From positions 1,466,009 through 1,530,008 of the forward strand of contig CM082589.2 in assembly GCA_040954595.2 (NCBI GenBank): a stretch of 64,000 nt of DNA, read 5' to 3'. The translations under genes and the position numbers were made by a program. The notes beneath the pieces are model-generated. The model was not told the origin of the DNA and did no database searches. It saw nothing but the letters and a program-made list of their open reading frames with translations. Of this stretch, positions 55,921-64,000 are shown in pieces. The first letter of the stretch is position 1. Every line of letters starts with the position of its first letter. This DNA comes from Balanoglossus misakiensis (Eukaryota; Animalia; Hemichordata).

Positions 55921-56519
55921 ACTGACTTGTTTCACATGATAATATTTGTGTTGTATGTTTGTAATGAGGTCGTGCGATTTTCAAAATGGCGTCCATCAGC
56001 TGAAAACCATAGCAACAACGGGGAAAAAGCCATAGAACGTCTGAAATAGGTTTATTCATTAGCCAAATGGTGTAAAACTAATATTAAATTTTTCAGCAGA
56101 TAATATTTACTATTTTGACAAATTTCAATGTAAGAGTGATTTTGTCGGGCCGGGCGTCCGCTCCTGTGACCTAGACTACGACTGTGGCCGCGACGTTGAA
56201 CTTTGACCTTTGTCCCCAAAGTGAATTTTATATATGCAAAAGGATACGCGATTACGTGAAGAAGGATAGCCGTGCACACTTCAAGGAATACGGAAGACTT
56301 CTTCAAAATTCACCTACAATTGACACGTGTTGATGCAGGTTCGTATACTATAACTACACGTCACAAAGATTACCTCGACGAAAGAAATTAGAAGCGAGAC
56401 TGAGAGTGATATAGAGAGAGCTTAGTGATAGAGGATATTCGTGTACATATACTGACGCATTTTTTCGGCCGACGCGACGTTGTCTGTGTATAATGCTTAT
56501 AGGCACCTAGCCTGGTCCC

Positions 56520-56575
56520 AGACCAGTGTGTTTTAGATATATAGAAATTTCTATATATCTAAAACACACTGGTCT
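56520..56575. repeat. Perfect 56-bp palindrome in the putative first intron of the TPMT-like gene
   Basis: agaccagtgtgttttagatatatagaaa|tttctatatatctaaaacacactggtct, 28-bp arms with no spacer. Confidence 0.95.
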
Positions 56576-56751
56576 CTCACCGCACTGGGATAAAACAAAA
56601 GTGCTGAGTCATATCAAAACTTATATTATGGTTTCCCGTGTTTGTTTCAGAAATAAACAACCCTGATGACCTAATTTCTTTCAAATTTGGGTTACAACAA
56701 GGTCAAAGAAAGGTGTTCATTACTTTCACTATATAGATAAATTGGAAATCA

Positions 56752-59074
56752 ATGATGACAAGTCAGATGCCATTAGAGGAACGGGAGGGAGACTATTGGC
56801 ATAAAAAATGGGATAAAAACCAGATTGGATTTCACATAAATCGTGTAGATGAGTAAGTATTGTTTATTTATAATTGAAATTTTTAAATGGAAATGGATCA
56901 ATGAATAAAATGTTTCTGGGATTCATCCAAATTATTAGACGTTGAGTGTGAGGCCATCCTTGGTATATGGGAAAGTGTGGTTATTGACTCTCATACGTGT
57001 CGTTATCATTATGTATTCCGGACTTACTTGATTATTGTTATATATACAGAATCCTTGTGGAGCATATAGATTTGCTTACCGGAGGACGGGAAAATGTCAG
57101 TGTGTTTGTGTCACTGTCTGGAAAATCTCATGATCTGAAATGGTAAGTGTTTTCAAATTCAGTTCTTGTATCAAGAAGCTCTCAGCAAAAAAGTGAACAT
57201 TACTCTCTGTTTTATAGTTCAGATTGCAAAACGTGGTTAAAAAGTTGTGTAAAAAATGCCAGTTTCCTCAACTTTCACTTGTGCATAGCAGATCAAGCTA
57301 TTGTCCTCTTAAAGGTACTATGTGAAACTCAGACAGATGGATTCTGTATTCAGAATTCATTTTGTAATAATATTTCACTTGTTCACACAGGCTTGCCGAA
57401 CAGGGTCATGATGTCACAGGCCTTGAATTTTCAGATTTTGCGATAAAAACATTTTTTGAAGAACAGCACATTGATTATACTGTTTCACCAGTAGAGAACC
57501 TTGAAAATGGAACAGTTTACAAAGTAAGTTAAAAGTTTGCATTAATTGTACTTCATTAACCAGTTTTTCATATTCATACATTCAACATGTAATTTGTTTA
57601 AAAAATACCTACAAATGTTCACATGTCACCTTTAGTTCTAATGATGAGTACTGTATATTGAAATGTGACAATGACATGTGCCTGTCAATTTTACTACTAT
57701 TTCAGGCCAAAGACTACAAACTTAAAATATATTGTTGTGATTTCTTTGAGTTTTCAAGGTAAGTTTGCAACGGATTTAATAAATCTTGAGTATTTTTAAA
57801 TGTTTAAACGCCAAAGCTTACAGTGTACCATAAGTGTATGTTGAAATTTTTAAATTGTTTTGGGAGTCGAAGTACTTAATCAGGTAATTTCATCACCATG
57901 GGTGAAGAAGTAAAGGTTTTCTCATATATTTTTCTTGTTGACATAACAGTTCCATAGCTGGTCAGTTTGATGCAGTGTGGGATCGCCATGGATTTGGTGC
58001 CATGCTGCCTCATAGATGGACACAGTAAGCAATCATTAAAGATGGGGAAAAGCCACAATCTTTAGACATTAAAGGGTGAATGTATAACAGAATATCATGG
58101 AATACCACATTTTGCAAAATGGTGGCAAAACTTGGGTCAGAGTGTTAATATGGAGGGGGGGGGGTCATGATGATCAATCTTTGAACTAGAACATGTATTG
58201 CTTCAAGGTGAAAATCACTGCCAAATTTCAGCGATTTATAATCCAATGATAGCTTGATATTGTGACAGAATAAAATGATCTACAGGTATATCACAGAAAC
58301 ATTTTTTCTCTCTTCAGGTACCGTGATATTTTAATGTCGTTGATGAAACCAGGTGCAAATTGTTTGATGCTAACAGCTCACTATGATCCCAGTGTCATGG
58401 AAGGTATGTACTGCACTTATTTCTGTCATTGAAACTTTCGAGAATTTGGGAAGGGGGGAATCTTTTTGCCACAAATACCAGAGGTACACTTTCTGAAGCG
58501 GGGTTACTTGCTTACGCAATAATTTACATGCACGATACATGTCTAATAAATTTTTAAACTCTCATAACAGGCCCTCCAATGAATGTTCCAACAGAGGTTA
58601 TCCAGGAATATTTTGGTAAGTAAAATTAGTCTGGTACATCTGTGTAGTAAATGCATTAGTGTTCCACCATCTCAATCTCAGTACTTGTACTTTTGTAGAT
58701 ATTAAACTGATACTCCAGAAGATCATACTTTGAGTTTCCACGGTCCACATTGATTCAATGACATTTGCTGTGTGATGCTACTGGGTCAAATTGAAGTTGT
58801 TTGAGATTTTGATGTGATATAGACCCTTCTTTCATAGTGGACATAAAACAAAATTTATGACTTCGGCCTTATAAGGCAGACAGACATTCATCATTACAGG
58901 AAAAATCTTTATGGACAGATCTTACTGTCACAATTAATTGACTGGACTTTTTATGCAGGTGACAGGTGTGTCATAGAAAAGATTGCGCAAAGAGATTGGT
59001 TGACGGACATGTTCATTGCAATTGGACATAAGTGGATAGAAATGCTCGTACATCACTTGGTCTGCAAACAGTGA
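56752..59074 (+). CDS. tpmt: Thiopurine S-methyltransferase-like SAM-dependent methyltransferase
   Basis: Exons 56752-56852, 57050-57142, 57391-57523, 57706-57758, 57950-58024, 58318-58403, 58571-58615, 58959-59074. Motifs YWHKKWDKNQIGFH, VFVSLSGKSHDLKWLAEQGHDVTGLEFS, IYCCDFF, GQFDAVWDR, YDPSVMEGPPMNVP. Frame stays open across all junctions. Confidence 0.9.
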
Positions 59075-59907
59075 ATCCATTTCAGACACATCTTTTGCTG
59101 AGGGTTACGGGTTAATTAACACAACTACCTCTGACAGTTGCTGTATGCTATTTAGCAGAGCAGGCTGAAACTACTAGTAGAAGTAGAACTATCAATGGAT
59201 TACATTGGAACACTGTTTTTAATATCAGGGCTTCAAGAAAGTATATACTTTTGATGGGTAATTAAGACTTTGATTAATTGACAGAAAATTTCAATTTCTG
59301 TAATGGGTTGTTTTGTGTGTCATATCGTTCTTGAGAATACATCACAAGACAGCCCTGTTGAGATTAATTTTCTTCCGGAAATTACCTGTGCTACGGGGTA
59401 TGTGGTAGTTTGTGATAAGACGTGAGTGATGCAATTAAAGATAATTCACTCAATCGTGTGCTCTTGTCATTTGCCAAGTTTAATAGCATGCTTCAATTTT
59501 AAGGTTACCGTTTACAGAAAAAAATATACATGTACATCCATTACAATTCTTAGATCGGGAATACATTTGACAATGTTCCTGTTGAAGTTGACATGAAAGA
59601 CAATTGGTATATCATTTATCGAAACTTCAGACGTTTTAGTGATAAATGTAGTTGAAAACAACAAATATATATATGCATGCTGGCTGGATTTCATATCCAA
59701 AAAAGTAAACAGTTTCGGTTACTTCTGTTGTGAAAGCAGACTGAAAATCATTGTAAATACAAGAGAATACATTATCAAGTTCAGTAATGGACATTTGTTT
59801 CTGAAATCAGAGCTGAGAGATGATAAAAATGACAAACAGCTACAGCTTAGAAAGTCGAATTCCATATCTCAAATCTTAAGAAAGTCCCATCAGTGTCTAG
59901 CTATCAG

Positions 59908-62900
59908 TCAGTTGATTTCCTGTATTCGACAAGTGCAACATGTGTCAATGCTGATCCAATCCCAATCATATTGTTTTTTCTTCTCTGACCACACGTAGGC
60001 TATATTCCATGATGGCTTGACCAGACATTTCGATGTATATCTGCAGGTGGAAAAGAGTTTCACACATGATTAGGGTAAATCCATCTCTGTCTGTCTGTCT
60101 ATATATCTGTCTGTCTGTCTGTCTGCCTGCCTGTCTGTCTGTCTGTCTATCTATGTCTGTCTGTCTGCCTGTCTGTCTGTCTATTTATCTGTCTGTCTGT
60201 CTGTTCAGCCATCTGTCCGTGACTGATGTATATGTAATGTGGAATGTGTCTTGTTCTGTTTACCGATAAATATCATCAGAGATTATGCAAAGAGTGGATG
60301 GTGAATCTCTTTTATGCTTACCGGTAAGTGTTGTTTGCTGGCGTAAAACAAACAAGCCAGTAAACAAACAAATAAACAACACGAACAAAAAGAAAACCAC
60401 ACAAATATATATATTCACCTATGGGATGTCCCAGCACATGGTTGATCACCCTGAATACATCGCGTTACATGAAAGTATTGGGCTTCATGAAGCTTGACCC
60501 TCTCACCAGTTCGAGTTCTTCCGTGTGTAAATGGCACCCAGTCATTCGTACTTTGGCAGACCTCTTGGAAGGGGGCTACTCTTTTCTCCTGGAGTTTTAA
60601 ATATAATATTCAACCATCAGCAACATCAGAATGGAAGGGGAAAATCCTGCATGTGAATTTCTATAGACGTTTGTTATCAAATTTAAGTACATTAAAGGTA
60701 TACTGATGCGTCTTATTTGGGCCATGGAAAGTGTTGATATAGCCAATCAGGATTTTAAGTTGGGGCCACACGAAAATAGTGCGCCATCACATTGATTACA
60801 CACGCTCTTTTAACGTGTATGGATCTATGGGAATTCGAGGAGATTGTATTTCTTTTAAGCAGTCTTACCATAACTGCATTTTCCTCGGGTTCAGTGTCAT
60901 CAGGATGAGACGCAAAGTCTACAACGGGAAGGAAGTCGGGTTTTTGGGAAGAGAACAAGACACGCTGGGATTGTATAGAAGGATGATCTTTGATGGTATC
61001 GTAGAATCCGTTTATCCCGCGCCGTACGGTGTCTTCCTGAATGTCGCTTAGTTTCGTCTCGTCGCTTCCGGCCATCTTCTCAAGCATCCGTTCGGTCAAA
61101 TCTAAGCAGTCAAGGAAAAAGGAGAAGTGGAAAGCTAGTGAAAGCTAGTCATGTGTACACTTTGAAGGAATTTTGACTTGGAGGTCTGTCGTTGGAGACG
61201 CATCCAACGTAAGAGCGGGTAAAATATATTGTGCTTGAGAGAAGTCAATCATATACAAACTCACCTTTTAACACAAGTTGTAACATTCCATTATTATATC
61301 GTGGTAGTTGACCAGATTTCAAAGGAGGTACAAGGTTGCCGTGGGAACCCAAACCTACAAAATGTAATAAATTTCATTTGACTGAAAAAATATATGGAAC
61401 CATGTGGCCATTATGATGTGTACAAACGTTGCTTTGTATTCGTGTGTAGTAAGGTTTAATGACATGTGACTCATTGTTATACTGTAGCTAAACTTCAAGT
61501 TTCAAAGTCACAGGCGAAAAAATTAATGATTTTTAAGAAACTTACCTGATTCAGTCAGCGTAGTACAGTTTACTCCTACAAGAGAGAATGAAACAGCTTT
61601 TTATGTGGGCGCTAGTGTCGTAAGGTGATTTGAAATTGTTTTGTCAGGTTGGTTTTTAATTGGCCATTCATTGTAACTTTGAGCTAGTTGAATCATTTTT
61701 TTGTAATTAGTCTGAGACAAATATTAGCAGTTTTCCTTTCTGCAATCGTAAACTGTTGTCTGTACGTAAAGAGTTCATACAAAGAGAAGAAACAGTGAAC
61801 GACACCAAACGAACAAAAAGTGAACCTATATGCAAATTAGGCATATTATGCAATTGGAAGAATTGATGCCTCGACGAGATGTTTGGTTGAATCAGAGCAG
61901 ACAGAGCTGTAGGGTATATACGTGGGGAGAGCGAAAGTTTAAGAGATTCGTGTGGATATATGCAAATTGTAGCCGGTCGAGATTTTTGCAGATTGATTTC
62001 TGTGTTTCTGGAAGTGCCTATGGCTCTTGCTTGCGTGGATGTGTACTGTCATTAATATACTTCCTGAAATCTCTCTAAATTCTCCAGCAAGAGTGTACTG
62101 AGTTATGTAATGGTATACACCGAATGTGTCTTTCTCTATGTATTCAGATTAAGGGGCAGACCCCCAGGAACTGAATAGCTGTTAGCTGCACACTTCAGAA
62201 AAAGGGTAGAGAGAGTATATAACGACTGGGAAAAAGTCCAAGAAGACTTATCGGAAGAAGACCGGACTTGTGTGAGTCACATTTTCGATGAAATTCGGCA
62301 TTGTTAGGTCTTCTGGAAATTTTGTCGTGACGTCTGAAAAAGCTGGAAGTTAGGTGTGTAGAATTGACAAGGAAAAATCAGTCCTGTTTTTTTAAATTAT
62401 TTCCTTATGATTTTGCATGAGTATTCCTCAGTGGAATGGCCTCATTTATTTGATACAGTCAGAGACAAAAAATGGTAACATTTGGAGAAAACTTGTTAAA
62501 AAATAAAATCTTGTAAGTTTGCTAAAGATGGACATAAAAAGGGGACTCCAATCACAAAAACTGAATAGTTTCATTAAATTCAAAGACCTAACTAACCAAG
62601 CATAATGTTGAATCAGCACTTTCCCATACAGTTTTCGTATGTAAGAAATATCTTAATAGCGCATTTTTGATGGCTATTTAAATTTTCCTTTTTGACAGAC
62701 GATTTTGTCATGGAAGAATACTATATATGATATGCAGGAACTAGTTGGCACATTTGTCCTATTTCGAAATTTATCTGCCGTTTCCAAACTTATATTCTAG
62801 TGACTGAAAAACATGTAGTTGAACTTGCACCACCTGACATTGATAAACAGAATGTCTGCATCTTCTTCATGTGACCACTCAAAGAATGGGTGTAAGGTTT

Positions 62901-63255
62901 ATTTCCCATTTATCAGTATTGGTCATATTTTGTGGCCCAGCGAAACATGTAACTGGTACATTAGCTAAATGATACAATTTTCATGTACAAATTCCGTGCA
63001 TAACATAAACTTGAACATGCGATATATCAAAATCCTAGAGATATCAGGAATAGACCCTCCCCGGCAATATCTTGACTTAAACTTTATAAAGCTCTAAATT
63101 ATGACCAGGATTCACACCCACATTTAGTATAATGATCGTTTAAAATATAGAAAGATCAGTTAGAGTGAATGATAGTTGTAGCATCGCTTACCTTTTTCAT
63201 GCAGAATCAGGAGGCTGCAAAAAGCCAGAAAAACGAAACCACTTCTTCTGAACAT
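59908..63255 (-). CDS. Neurotrophin-like (NGF-family cystine-knot) secreted precursor, 209 aa
   Basis: Exons 63255-63192 (signal peptide MFRRSGFVFLAFCSLLILHEK), 61575-61546 (30-nt microexon), 61101-60869 (acidic prodomain), 60588-60419 (EKR VAPFQEVCQSTNDWV...QYFHVTRCIQGDQPCAG) and 60040-59908 (YTSKCLVKPSWNIAYV...WDWISIDTCCTCRIQEIN*). Phases 1,1,0,2 are consistent; Cys/Trp pattern matches neurotrophins (VC.S...WV, QYF..T.C, C.G, S.C, W..I.IDT.C.C). Confidence 0.88.
60085..60203. repeat. (TCTG)n microsatellite in the last intron of the neurotrophin-like gene
   Basis: Tandem tctg/tcta/cctg repeats. Confidence 0.9.
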
Positions 63256-64000
63256 CTTCAACACGACGAACTAAACCACAAACGATGACAGCTCTAGTTT
63301 TATATGATGATATTTCCGAAGTTTCCAACTTTTCTGGTGTGCTCATTTGCATGCAAGGTTATTTACATGCATAATCTTTCCTTGAGAGGGCGGGGCAACG
63401 GAAATGAAAGAGTGGCTTCCCGGAAAAAAGCCAATACTATAAAGTCACGAGCCGAGCTTGGAGAGATTCTGATTTTAATACGGGAAATTGAAACTTCCGC
63501 CTGAGAGAAAATTTGATTCTTGTCACCGAGGTTGGCCTTGGTACCCAGACATATGCGTCTACTTTTTTTTTGCAATAGGTGTGATCCTTATAAAGTTTTC
63601 TTTAAAAAATTGAAGAAATGGTTGATAAAGTTTGAAACATGGAGACTTTCATTGTATAACCGAAGAAACATTTGCTACGCCCAGAACGTCTTGTATTTCA
63701 CGAACCTTAAATTTACAAACCACTGCATGTAATAATCTATTGACAACTGGGGTTTGTGTGCTTTTTGACAAGTTTTAGCCATTTTGGATTGTACTCGTAT
63801 ACTAAAATTGTATTGTAATTTGTTGCATAGTAATTACCATCCTGTCATTCATGTCCATCTGGCTGGCTCTCAAACCAACAAATCATGACCATGCATGCAC
63901 CTGCTGTATATCTTAATCTACCAATAGGGTCGCTTGGCACTCACACCTGTTACACCTTTGCCAGTCACTCTGTCCTCTAGACGCCAAAATGCAAAGCAGC

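Overview
AT-rich, intron-containing animal (invertebrate bilaterian) genomic DNA; most entries in the ORF track are noise. Splicing by eye gives six protein genes: the 3' part of mind bomb 1 (mib1, +, 29481-32276), a KLF10/11 (TIEG/cabut) factor (-, 35613-41559), a catalytically intact ornithine decarboxylase (+, 43932-47873) head-to-head with the KLF, a KHDRBS/Sam68 STAR protein (+, 49642-52055), a divergent TPMT-like methyltransferase (+, 56752-59074) and a complete five-exon neurotrophin-like cystine-knot precursor (-, 59908-63255). The first 29.4 kb appears to be one large mib1 intron carrying an antisense mir-1 hairpin (~9.1 kb), splice sites for a probable host transcript, and MEF2/CArG sites. 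The ODC locus has the densest hidden regulation: a spliced AUU-initiated upstream conserved coding region (uCC, IPPKR...YREQLDCNFEAPWNPS*), a short AUG uORF, two intronic C/D-box snoRNA copies with 18S rRNA complementarity, and further structured intronic segments I could not assign. The KHDRBS gene shows probable spliced 3'UTR exons (candidate NMD autoregulation). All calls are manual readings; no database search or folding program was run.
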